From a bacterium (lineage in GTDB: Bacteria; JADJOY01), in the NCBI GenBank assembly GCA_046331705.1, contig JAXLQJ010000066.1:1-39668 (forward strand): a stretch of 39,668 bases of DNA, read 5' to 3'. Each line of letters starts with the position of its first letter. Position 1 is the stretch's first letter. Under the pieces are notes generated by a model that was not told the DNA's origin, made no database searches, and saw nothing but the letters and a program-made list of their open reading frames with translations. Made by a program: the position numbers and the translations under genes. Of the stretch, positions 1 through 8,231 are shown piece by piece.

Positions 1-987
1 AGCTCATCGAGGATCTCCAGGAGACGCGGCTTGCGCCACGAACCATCCGACACACCTACGGCGTGCTCCACAAGTTCTTCGCCGACCTCGTCGTCGAGGA
101 GCTCGTCGAGATCTCGCCGTGTGTGCTCACGAAGGACCAGCTCCCGAAGAACCGCGACAAGGACCCCGAGTGGCGCGCCACGGCCATCTTCACGCGGGAT
201 GAAGCGGAGCTCCTGATCAGCGGTGACGCGATCCCCGAGGACCGTCGCCTGCTCTACACGATCTTGCTGCTGACCGGGACCCGGCTCGGTGAAGCCGTCG
301 GTCTTCGATGGCGGGACTACGACGAGCGCGCCGAACCTCTCCACCGACTGACGGTGGCGAGGTCGTACGACGGCCCGTTGAAGACGGAGGTCCCTCGCCA
401 GGTCCCGGTGCATCCGCTCCTGGCCTCGGTTCTCGCCGAATGGCGGCTACGCGGCTTCCCCCGGATGATGGGCCGGGCCGCGACGAGAGACGATCTGGTG
501 ATCCCGTCCCGCGAAGCGGTGATGCGGACGCAGAGCCACGTCCGAAACAAGATGCTCGACGACCTGGCCCGGCTCGGCCTTCGGCCCCGGCGTGTGCACG
601 ACACCCGGCGCACCTTCATCACTCTGGCGCAAGTCGACGGTGCCAGGACGAACGTGCTGATGGCTGTGACGCACGGCCCCCGCGGCGACATCATGAACGC
701 CTACACGACTTTCCCCTGGCCGACGCTCTGCGAGGCCGTCCAGCACCTCAACCTGCGGCGGGTCGGGGGCGAGGTCGTGCGGCTTCGGCTCGCGGCCAAC
801 GCAGCTCGCGAGCACGGCGATCGGGCGTCCGAAACGGGGTCAGAATCGGCCGAAGCCGACCCTCACCTTGTCACAAACCGTGTCACAAGCGCCGAGAATC
901 GCGCCGTTTTCGTCCGTAAGTCTTGGACAAAGCACGCGTTTTCGGTTTCGGGGTCTGGTGGAGGCGGCGGGAATCGAACCCGCGTCC
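1..987. mobile_element. Edge of a prophage/integrative element inserted at the ssrA 3' end (att core probably within 956-987)
   Basis: Integrase abuts the tmRNA CCA end, a well-known integration hotspot. The other att copy is outside the window. Confidence 0.75.
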
Positions 988-1253
988 GAAGGTGCTCGAT
1001 CCGAGGCTTCTACACGCGTAGCTTCCCTTCCTTTGTCGTCGGCCGAGGCGCTGGGAAGCGAGCTCGCGGCCGACCAGCCCGATCTTTGATTTCGCTCGGC
1101 GTCGGACGGGCGCGGCGCCTTGCTAGCCCGCTATTTGCTCCGAACGGTCCCGCGGGCGAGGGCCGTCCAGAGGAATCACTGCGGGTTAGGCAGCGATCGC
1201 GTAAGCAGAACCGTCGTTGGCGGTTGTGTTTTCCAGCCTTTTGTACGAGGTGA
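3..1253 (+). CDS. Tyrosine recombinase/phage-type integrase, 5'-partial (frame open from position 3); C-terminal ~99 codons read through antisense tmRNA
   Basis: Catalytic motifs GTRLGEA (R), LKT (K), VHDTRR (HxxR), VTHG (H), AYTT (Y). Sits at the tmRNA 3' end. No stop between 3 and 1251. Confidence 0.92.
   Translation, partial: LIEDLQETRLAPRTIRHTYGVLHKFFADLVVEELVEISPCVLTKDQLPKNRDKDPEWRATAIFTRDEAELLISGDAIPEDRRLLYTILLLTGTRLGEAVGLRWRDYDERAEPLHRLTVARSYDGPLKTEVPRQVPVHPLLASVLAEWRLRGFPRMMGRAATRDDLVIPSREAVMRTQSHVRNKMLDDLARLGLRPRRVHDTRRTFITLAQVDGARTNVLMAVTHGPRGDIMNAYTTFPWPTLCEAVQHLNLRRVGGEVVRLRLAANAAREHGDRASETGSESAEADPHLVTNRVTSAENRAVFVRKSWTKHAFSVSGSGGGGGNRTRVRRCSIRGFYTRSFPSFVVGRGAGKRARGRPARSLISLGVGRARRLASPLFAPNGPAGEGRPEESLRVRQRSRKQNRRWRLCFPAFCTR
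869..888 (+). repeat. TGTCACAA direct repeat x2, candidate integrase arm-type sites
   Basis: TGTCACAA at 869-876 and 881-888, ~70 bp from the tmRNA 3' end, inside the integrase ORF. Confidence 0.55.
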
Positions 1254-1313
1254 CCGGGACCCTCGGCGTGCCACCACGGACGTCATCACCCCCGTCGAGC
1301 CCAAATCGCCCCC
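956..1313 (-). ncRNA. ssrA: tmRNA (transfer-messenger RNA)
   Basis: 5' GGGGGCG pairs with 3' CGCCTCC-ACCA, including the G3.U70 Ala identity pair. T-arm GCGGGTTCGATTCCCGC. Internal tag frame ANDGSAYAIAA-stop at 1221-1186. Length 358 nt. Confidence 0.97.
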
Positions 1314-1624
1314 GTGTGGGAAGGTCGATCGGGAAGAGGGGCGTCTGAAGCCGTTTCCTCTTCCGATTCTCCTCTGCGCGCGGCCACGTCCCGAGCCCCA
1401 CTGCCGGGGTCATCGCGTGTCGCGAGCGCGCTCAACGTAACACCGCGCGGGCGATGCGCTAGGGCCCTTGGCCCGCGCGGCGACTTCCGGGGCGGCGTCG
1501 GCGGTCCGTCTCCCTGGCACGGAGCGTCAGCGCGCCGCTCGGGCCGCCGCGGGAGATTGGCGCGGGCGTCGCGTCTGACTATCCCTACCCGTACGCGCGG
1601 CGGCGCCGCGGGCTCGGGAGGTGG

Positions 1625-3184
1625 GTGATGCGACTCGGAATCGACTTCGGTACCACGCGGACGGTGGTCTCGGCTTCGCTGGGCGGCCGTTATCCGGTGG
1701 TGTGCTTCGACGTGGGCGGGGTGTTCCGCGACTATCTGCCGGGGATCGTGGCGATCCGCGACGACGGCACGCTGGTGTTCGGCTGGGAGGCGCGCGCCGA
1801 GCTCAGCGAGCACCCGCACCAGGCGATTCGCTCGATCAAGCGCGCGATCACGGATCTCGCGCCCGACGACGTGGTGCCGGGGCTCGAGCTGGCGGGGGTG
1901 ACGGCGCTCGAGCTGGTGACGCGTTACCTCGCCCATCTGCGCCGCGCGATCGTGGAGCAGGGCAATGTCGAGGTGGCCGAGGGCGAGCCCATCGAGGCGG
2001 TGGTGGCGGTGCCGGCCAACGCGTCGAGCCAGCAGCGCTACCTCACGCTGGAGGCGTTCACGCGCGCCGGATTCCAGGTGCAAGCGCTCGTCAACGAGCC
2101 CACGGCGGCGGCGATCGAGTTCGCGCAGCGCAACGCCCAAGCCTTGGGCCCGCGCAGCCCGAAGCGTTACGTGGTGGTCTACGACCTGGGCGGCGGCACC
2201 TTCGACACGGCGGCGGTCTCCCTCGAAGGGCGGCGCTTCACGCTGCTGGCGAGCGAGGGCATTCACCGCCTGGGCGGCGACGACTTCGACGAGATCATCT
2301 ACGAGCTGGTGCTCGCTCAGGCGCGCGCCTCGGACGACGCGCTGGCGCCGAACCAGCGCGTGGCGCTGCTCGAGGCCTGCCGGGAGGCGAAGGAGACGCT
2401 CAAGCCGACCAGCCGCCGCCTGCTGGTGGACCCGCGCAGCGCCGCGCATCCGGAGCTTCTCGGCGAGGAGCCGATCGTCCTCGACGTGAACGAGATCTAT
2501 CTGCGCGCGCAGCCGCTGGTGGACCAGACGCTCGCGCTGGTGGATCAGCTCTTCGCGAGCCTGGTGGCGCGCGGCATCGATCCGGAGAGCACCCGCGAGC
2601 TCGGCGGCCTCTATCTGGTGGGCGGCTCGACGGCGTTCCCGGCGGTGGCGCGGGCGCTGCGCGCGTTGCACGGCCGCAAGATCCAGCTCGCGCCGGAGCC
2701 GCACGCGTCCACGGCGGTGGGGCTCGCGGTGGCGGGCGATCCGGCCGCGGGGATCTTCGTGCGCGAGGCGCCCACGCGCCATCTCGGCGTGTGGCGCGAA
2801 GCGGCGGCGGGTCGCGACAAGGTGTTCGATCTAATCCTGAGCAAGGACAGCGCCGCGCCGGTCGACGGCCCGGTGGTGGTCGAGCGCAGCTACCACCCGC
2901 GCCACAGCGTGGGGCACCTGCGCTTCCTGGAATGCGCGTCACTCGATTCGAGTCAGCAGCCCGCGGGCGACGTGACGCCCCTGGCGCGGGTGGTCTTCCC
3001 GTACGATCCCACGCTGGCCGATCGCGCCGATCTGGCGGATCGCGACGTGGAGGCGAACGCGGCGCTCGAGGCCGAAGAGATCCACGAGACGTACACGTAC
3101 CAGCCGGACGGCACCGTCACCTTCGCGATCGAGAACCGTACCCACGGCTACCGCAAGAGCTTCGTGCTCGGCGCCGTGCGCTGA
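1625..3184 (+). CDS. Hsp70-family protein (non-canonical, no DnaK lid)
   Basis: GIDFGTT, VAVPA, NEPTAAA, VYDLGGGTFD, LGGDDFD and LVGGS motifs. Start GTG 1625 or ATG 1628. Confidence 0.9.
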   Translation: MMRLGIDFGTTRTVVSASLGGRYPVVCFDVGGVFRDYLPGIVAIRDDGTLVFGWEARAELSEHPHQAIRSIKRAITDLAPDDVVPGLELAGVTALELVTRYLAHLRRAIVEQGNVEVAEGEPIEAVVAVPANASSQQRYLTLEAFTRAGFQVQALVNEPTAAAIEFAQRNAQALGPRSPKRYVVVYDLGGGTFDTAAVSLEGRRFTLLASEGIHRLGGDDFDEIIYELVLAQARASDDALAPNQRVALLEACREAKETLKPTSRRLLVDPRSAAHPELLGEEPIVLDVNEIYLRAQPLVDQTLALVDQLFASLVARGIDPESTRELGGLYLVGGSTAFPAVARALRALHGRKIQLAPEPHASTAVGLAVAGDPAAGIFVREAPTRHLGVWREAAAGRDKVFDLILSKDSAAPVDGPVVVERSYHPRHSVGHLRFLECASLDSSQQPAGDVTPLARVVFPYDPTLADRADLADRDVEANAALEAEEIHETYTYQPDGTVTFAIENRTHGYRKSFVLGAVR

Positions 3185-3294
3185 GCGGGGGTGCGGCGGG
3201 GACGTTCGGAGCTCGGCGGGGGCAGGAGCCCGCGGGCCCCGCAGGCGCCCACAGCTCGAAGGGAAATGCGCGTTCCGCGTCGAACGGCGATCGC

Positions 3295-3561
3295 TCAGCC
3301 GGCGGCGGCGACCAGCTTGTCGACGAGCGCCACGTAGGCGCGCATCGCGTCGTCCTTCGAGGTGCCCTTCTTCTGGGTCCACTGGTCGAATTTCGCGCGT
3401 GCCACGAAGTCCATCATGCCGGGGCGCTTGCCGGTGACGTCGCCGGCGCTGCCCTGCTTGTAGAGCGCGTAGAGCTCGAGGAGCGAGTCGTTGTCCGGGC
3501 GTGCGGGCAGCTTCTTCACGCGCTCTTGGGCTGCGGCGAATTGGGTGGCGAGGTCGCTCAT
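3295..3561 (-). CDS. Acyl-CoA-binding protein (ACBP)
   Basis: LLELYALYKQG..GD..KRPGMMDFVARAKFDQW..KG.SKDDAMRAY signature. GAGGA SD before ATG 3561. Confidence 0.93.
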   Translation of the reverse strand: MSDLATQFAAAQERVKKLPARPDNDSLLELYALYKQGSAGDVTGKRPGMMDFVARAKFDQWTQKKGTSKDDAMRAYVALVDKLVAAAG

Positions 3562-3805
3562 GGAGTCCTCCTCGATCGATTGCTGCGTGGAGAGCGAACG
3601 TAGCACGGCGTTCAGGCGCGGTCGGCCGGGTTACACGGGAGTCGCGATACCCGCTGAGCGCGTCGGCGGGCCACCGCGCGCACAACCTCCACGGCCGTCA
3701 CGATTACGATGGCGCCGAGCGCGCGCTCGCCGCCGCCGCGATCGCGGCTCGCTTCGCTCGTCATCGCGCTCGCCGTTCGAGCGCCGTCCCGCCGGAGGTC
3801 CATTC

Positions 3806-4327
3806 GTGAAACGCTCGCGCACGGCTCTGCTCGCCGCCTTCACCTCGCTCCTCGGCTGCGCCTCCCACGCGCCGCTCGCGACGGTTCCCCAGGTCGATCT
3901 GCCGCGCTTCATGGGCGATTGGTACGTGATCGCGAACATCCCCACGTGGCTCGAGAAGGGCGCGCACAACGCGGTCGAGTCGTACGCGCTCGCGCCCGAC
4001 GGCACCATCGCCACCACGTTCACCTTTCGCGATGGTGCCTTCGACGGGCCCGAGAAGCGCTACACGCCCAACGGCCGCGTCACCGACACCCGCACGAATG
4101 CCACGTGGGGGATGCAGTTCGTGTGGCCGTTTCGCGCCGAGTACCTCATCGTCCACCTCGACGAGGCGTACACGCAGACGATCATCGGTCGCACCGCGCG
4201 CGACTACGTGTGGATCATGGCGCGCACGCCGACGATCCCGGATGCGGATTACGCGAGGCTGGTCGAGCGGGTCGGCGCGATGGGCTACGACACCACCCAG
4301 CTCCAGAAGGTCCCCCAGCGCTGGTAG
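3806..4327 (+). CDS. blc: Lipocalin (Blc-like outer-membrane lipoprotein)
   Basis: GGAGG SD, GTG 3806, lipobox LLGC, VDLPRFMGDWYVIA, F.WPF.AEY, YVWIMARTP, ends KVPQRW. Confidence 0.88.
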   Translation: MKRSRTALLAAFTSLLGCASHAPLATVPQVDLPRFMGDWYVIANIPTWLEKGAHNAVESYALAPDGTIATTFTFRDGAFDGPEKRYTPNGRVTDTRTNATWGMQFVWPFRAEYLIVHLDEAYTQTIIGRTARDYVWIMARTPTIPDADYARLVERVGAMGYDTTQLQKVPQRW

Positions 4328-4474
4328 CCGCTCGCCCTCGAAGATCCGTTCGGGGCAGGGCCGTCAGACCCCGTCGAAGCTCCCGCGAAGCCCACGCGCC
4401 GCTGCGCTGTCTGCGTGCGCGGCTCCGGATCGGCGCGCGACCGGTGGTAGAAAGCCCTCGGAGCAACGTCCCGT

Positions 4475-7399
4475 ATGTCCGAGGCGAGCTACCGCGTCTT
4501 CGTGTCGAGCACCTATCTCGACAACGAATCCCGGCGCAAGACGGTCGAGAACGCGATCCTCCGCGCGGGAATGGTCCCGGTGGGGATGGAGCGGTTCGCG
4601 GCCCAGACGCACACGATCGTCCAGGCGTCGCTCGACGAGGTGCGCAGCGCCGACGTGTTCGTCGGGATCGTCGCGCGGCGCTATGGCTCGATCCTGGCCG
4701 GAGAGGAGCTGTCGGTTTGCGAGCTGGAATACGGCGCCGCGAGGAAGGCCACCAAGCCCTGCCTGATGTTCCTGATCGACTCGCGCCATCCGTTCACGGA
4801 GCAAGACCTCGATCCCGGACCCGAGAGATGGGCGAAGCAGGGAAGGCTCGACGCCTTCAAGGCGCGCTTCACCGCCGACCAACTGCCCGCCACGTTCACC
4901 GACGACACTCTCGGGATGTGCGTGCTCGACGCGCTCAACCGCTGGCGACGGGATCAAGAAGGCATGCCTTCGCCCGGACCGGTTTCGCCAGGGTCGACGC
5001 CGTCGGTCAGCGATGACCCCGACGTCGCGGGCTACCTCGCGAAGGCGGCGAACCTCCACGCCACGCTTCCCATCGCCGGCTTCCGCACCAAGCTCCGAGC
5101 ACCCATCGAGATCGCAGAGCTCTACGTGCCGCTTCACGCCATGGTCGATCTGCGGGGCGTGGGCGACGCCGTATTCGCCGATGCCGACGACGCCGCCAAG
5201 CGCCTGTACGACACCGAGCAATCCCTCGAAATCGACCTGACGCGCGCCTTCGACGAGGCCGCCCGCCGCAATCGCCGCGGCCTCGTCATCCTGGGCGATC
5301 CCGGCTCGGGGAAGACGACGCACCTCAAGCGCTTGCTCTTGTGGTGCGCTCGCGAGGGTGCCGCCTCCCTCGGCCTGCCGGTGGGAACGATCCCGGTCTT
5401 CCTGCCGCTGCGCGACCTTCGGGATCTCACCCATGGCCTCGAGCTCTTCATCGAAGGGCAGTTGAGCGAGCCGCACCTCGCAACCCCCGCCGGCTTCGGT
5501 CGGAAGCTCCTCGATCGCGGCGGTCTGCTCTTGCTTCTCGACGGTCTCGACGAGGTGGCCGATCCCGGGCAGCGCGAGCAGGTGGCGCGCTGGATCGATA
5601 CCGCGCTGCGGACGCACCCAAGCTGCCGCTTCGTCGTGACGAGCCGCTTCGCCGGATACACCCAGGAAGCGCGCCTCAGCGAGTCGTTCCTCGAGCTTCA
5701 CCTGCGCCCCCTCACCGCCGAGCAGGCCGACCACTTCGTCCACAACTGGTACCGGATCGTCGAGCGGGGCCTGGCCGTGGACCCGGCGCAGGGCGAGCTG
5801 ATCGCGAAGACCCGCGCGGACGAGCTCGTCGCACGCTTGAAGGAGCCCGACTTCCGGGCGCGCCGGGTCTTCGAGCTGACCCGAAACCCGCTCTTGCTCA
5901 CCAACCTCTGCCTCGTGCACCGCGACCGCGGCCGGCTTCCGAAGCGCCGCGCCGAGCTCTACGACGAGTGCATCGACGTGCTGCTCGAACGCTGGCGCGT
6001 CGGGAAGGGGCTCGGCGTCGGCACCACCGCGAAGGAGGCACGCCGCGTCCTGCAGCCGGTGGCGCTTTGGCTTCACCAGGAGGTGAACCGCACCCGGGCG
6101 CGCGTCGAGCAGATCGAGCCGGTCGTCGCCGCGCCGCTCGCTGCCATCGGCTACGAGCGTGGTGGTGCCCGCGAGTTCCTGCGCACCGTCCGCGACGAAA
6201 GCGGGCTGCTCATCGGCTGGGACCAGGAGCACTACGGCTTCATGCACCTGGGCTTCCAGGAGTACCTCGCTGCCCGCGAGATCCGGACGCGCTCATTCGA
6301 CGACCCCGCGGTCCTCGCCGAGATGGCGAAGCACTTCGGCGAGAGCTGGTGGCAGGAAGTGATTCTCTTGCTCCTCGCCCTCGACGACCCCGCGCTCTTC
6401 AAACCTTTCATGCGTGAGCTGGTCCAACTTCCGGCGTTTGCCGAGCACCCGGACCTCGTGGAGCTCTGCCTCGACGATGCGGCGGAGGTCTCCCTCGAAC
6501 CGTTCGAGGATCTGGTGCTTGCCCCTCCATTGACGGACCCGGTTCTCTGGGAGAGTCAGGTCGCTGCGTTCAAGATCCTCGTGCGCCTGGCACCGGCTCG
6601 CATGGCCGAGCTGGTGACGTTGCTGCGATCCCATCCATCCCCCGAGATCCAGGCGCGGCTACGCGCGAGCTTTGGGGCGGCGCACCAAGAAACGGTCATT
6701 GCAGCGCGAGGCGGCTACGAGCTTGTCCGCATCCCCGGTGGTGTCTTTCAAATGGGCTCGCCCGAGTCAGAAGAGGGCCGCTGGGACGATGAGGGACCGC
6801 ACCACCAGGTGCGAGTTTCCTCGTTCTGGCTGGGGCGCTACCCGGTCACGAACGAGCAGTACGGTGCCTACTTGCGTGAGAATCCGGGCGCGAAGGAGCC
6901 TGAGCGATGGTCCGATCGCCGGTACAACCAGCCACGCCAGCCAGTGGTGGGAGTGAGCTGGCATGAGGCTCGGGCCTACGCAGATTGGGCGCGCCTTAGG
7001 CTTCCCACGGAAGCAGAGTGGGAGTACGCCTGTCGAGCAGGGACGACCACACGCTATTCCAGCGGTGACAGCGAGGCGGATCTGGATCGTGTGGGCTGGT
7101 ACGACACGAACTCGGGCGGGGCGCTACACCCGGTCGGCGAGAAGGAGCCGAACGCCTTCGGTCTTTTCGACATGCACGGCAACGTGTGGGAATGGGTCGA
7201 GGATGACTGGCACGGGGACTATCGAGGTGCTCCCACCGACGGCCGTGCCTGGATCGAGAGCCCGCGTGGCGCGCGCCGCGTCCTTCGGGGCGGCTCCTTC
7301 GCTAATTCGGCGAGGTTCGCCCGGGCTGCGTACCGCCTCGTCGCCCCGGGCGGCCGCCGCGGGTACCGCGGCTTCCGTCTCGCGAGGTCGGACCCTTGA
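4475..7399 (+). CDS. NLR-like STAND protein: DUF4062 - NACHT NTPase - FGE-sulfatase (SUMF1/CLec-fold) domain
   Basis: N-terminus RVFVSSTYLD..GMERF..ADVFVGIVARRYGS..ELEY (DUF4062). Walker A GDPGSGKTT, Walker B LLLLDGLDE, NPLLL, FMHLGFQEYLAA (NACHT). IPGGVFQMGS, YPVTNEQY, RLPTEAEWEYACRAG, PNAFGLFDMHGNVWEW, RGGSF..GFR (FGE-sulfatase). Confidence 0.93.
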   Translation: MSEASYRVFVSSTYLDNESRRKTVENAILRAGMVPVGMERFAAQTHTIVQASLDEVRSADVFVGIVARRYGSILAGEELSVCELEYGAARKATKPCLMFLIDSRHPFTEQDLDPGPERWAKQGRLDAFKARFTADQLPATFTDDTLGMCVLDALNRWRRDQEGMPSPGPVSPGSTPSVSDDPDVAGYLAKAANLHATLPIAGFRTKLRAPIEIAELYVPLHAMVDLRGVGDAVFADADDAAKRLYDTEQSLEIDLTRAFDEAARRNRRGLVILGDPGSGKTTHLKRLLLWCAREGAASLGLPVGTIPVFLPLRDLRDLTHGLELFIEGQLSEPHLATPAGFGRKLLDRGGLLLLLDGLDEVADPGQREQVARWIDTALRTHPSCRFVVTSRFAGYTQEARLSESFLELHLRPLTAEQADHFVHNWYRIVERGLAVDPAQGELIAKTRADELVARLKEPDFRARRVFELTRNPLLLTNLCLVHRDRGRLPKRRAELYDECIDVLLERWRVGKGLGVGTTAKEARRVLQPVALWLHQEVNRTRARVEQIEPVVAAPLAAIGYERGGAREFLRTVRDESGLLIGWDQEHYGFMHLGFQEYLAAREIRTRSFDDPAVLAEMAKHFGESWWQEVILLLLALDDPALFKPFMRELVQLPAFAEHPDLVELCLDDAAEVSLEPFEDLVLAPPLTDPVLWESQVAAFKILVRLAPARMAELVTLLRSHPSPEIQARLRASFGAAHQETVIAARGGYELVRIPGGVFQMGSPESEEGRWDDEGPHHQVRVSSFWLGRYPVTNEQYGAYLRENPGAKEPERWSDRRYNQPRQPVVGVSWHEARAYADWARLRLPTEAEWEYACRAGTTTRYSSGDSEADLDRVGWYDTNSGGALHPVGEKEPNAFGLFDMHGNVWEWVEDDWHGDYRGAPTDGRAWIESPRGARRVLRGGSFANSARFARAAYRLVAPGGRRGYRGFRLARSDP

Positions 7400-7421
7400 C
7401 CCTCGAACCCTCGTACCCTTG
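7392..7421 (+). repeat. Four ACCCTYG units spanning the NACHT-FGE stop codon
   Basis: ACCCTTG 7392, ACCCTCG 7399, ACCCTCG 7407, ACCCTTG 7415. Confidence 0.8.
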
Positions 7422-7504
7422 GACCGGCGCTCACCCGGGCCGAAGCGCGCCGGGGAGCCGGGGAGGCGCAAGCGCAGCTCGCTCGATGTATCGGGCGACG
7501 CGCG

Positions 7505-7804
7505 TCACGCGGCGCGTTCGTGCCAGGGCTTGATCCGGGCGATCGTCGCGGCGAGCGTACGCTCGGCGACTTCGGTGTCGTGAGCGGCCTGCGCACGAAG
7601 CCAGTAGCCGTTCGAGAGCCCGAAGAAGCGGCAGAGGCGCAGATCGGTATCCGCGGTGATGGCGCGCTTGCCGGCGACGATTTCGCCGATGCGCTGCGCC
7701 GGCACACCGATCTCCTTCGCCAGCCGGTACTGCGAGATCCCCATCGGCAGCAGGAATTCCTCGCGGAGCAGCTCGCCTGGGGTCACGGGTTTGGGTCGGG
7801 CCAT
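7505..7804 (-). CDS. higA: HigA-family HTH antitoxin
   Basis: PVTPGELLREEFLLPMGISQYRLAKEIGVPAQRIGEIVAGKRAITADTDLRL..FFG....W..Q..HD; downstream of a HigB toxin. Confidence 0.95.
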   Translation of the reverse strand: MARPKPVTPGELLREEFLLPMGISQYRLAKEIGVPAQRIGEIVAGKRAITADTDLRLCRFFGLSNGYWLRAQAAHDTEVAERTLAATIARIKPWHERAA

Positions 7805-7819
7805 CGTGATGTGCTCCCG

Positions 7820-8098
7820 TCAGTGGTAATCGACGATCTCGACGTCCGCAGCGCCGGCGGGGGTCCAGCGAAAGCACACCCGGAACTGGTCGTTGATCCG
7901 GATGCTGAACTGGCCCCTGCGATTGCCTTTGAGCGATTCCAGCCGGTTGCCTGGTGGTACTCGCAAATCGTCGAGACACGCTGCGATCTCGAGCTGCCTC
8001 AGCTTGCGACGGGCGACCGACTCGATACCGACGAAACGCCTCACTCGCTCGCCGCGCGCGAGTGCCTCGGTCTCCGCGCTCTTGAACGATGCGATCAC
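7820..8098 (-). CDS. higB: HigB (RelE/ParE superfamily, plasmid killer-like) toxin
   Basis: MIASFK..ET..L...DLRVPPGNRLESLKGNRRGQFSIRINDQFRVCFRW....DVEIVDYH; toxin-first gene order. Confidence 0.95.
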   Translation of the reverse strand: MIASFKSAETEALARGERVRRFVGIESVARRKLRQLEIAACLDDLRVPPGNRLESLKGNRRGQFSIRINDQFRVCFRWTPAGAADVEIVDYH

Positions 8099-8106
8099 GG
8101 AAGCCG

Positions 8107-8142
8107 ATTAGTAACGTCGCGCGTGAATAACGTCAAGCGTGA
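8107..8142 (-). promoter_or_regulatory. higBA promoter with tandem operator sites
   Basis: TTGACG (8136-8131) then N17 then TACTAAT. Two imperfect palindromes, TAACGTCGCGCGTGA (8112-8126) and TAACGTCAAGCGTGA (8128-8142), overlap it. Confidence 0.7.
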
Positions 8143-8231
8143 TCATTGGGGTCACGTGCCACCGCGCAGGCTGGCGCCGTCCGCGACGATTGCGCCCCGA
8201 TCGAGTCGACGGTTACATCGCGGCCGGCAGC

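Noticed and set aside
956-990. Apparent tRNA gene (T-arm and CCA)
   Set aside because: It is the tRNA-like 3' domain of tmRNA; the matching 5' end is at 1313 and a tag frame lies between them.
1186-1413. 75-aa minus-strand ORF
   Set aside because: Only its last 11 codons are meaningful, as the tmRNA tag.
1286-2782. 498-aa ORF antisense to Hsp70
   Set aside because: Typical shadow ORF opposite dnaK-family genes, often misannotated as NAD-specific glutamate dehydrogenase.
4364-6247. 627-aa ORF antisense to the NACHT gene
   Set aside because: High-GC3 shadow frame with no motifs; the same applies to the many Arg/Ala/Pro-rich alternative ORFs in the track.
6700-7399. FGE/SUMF1 domain as a formylglycine-generating or ergothioneine enzyme
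   Set aside because: It lacks the catalytic Cys pair near RGGS and is fused to NACHT, so a binding (CLec) role fits better.
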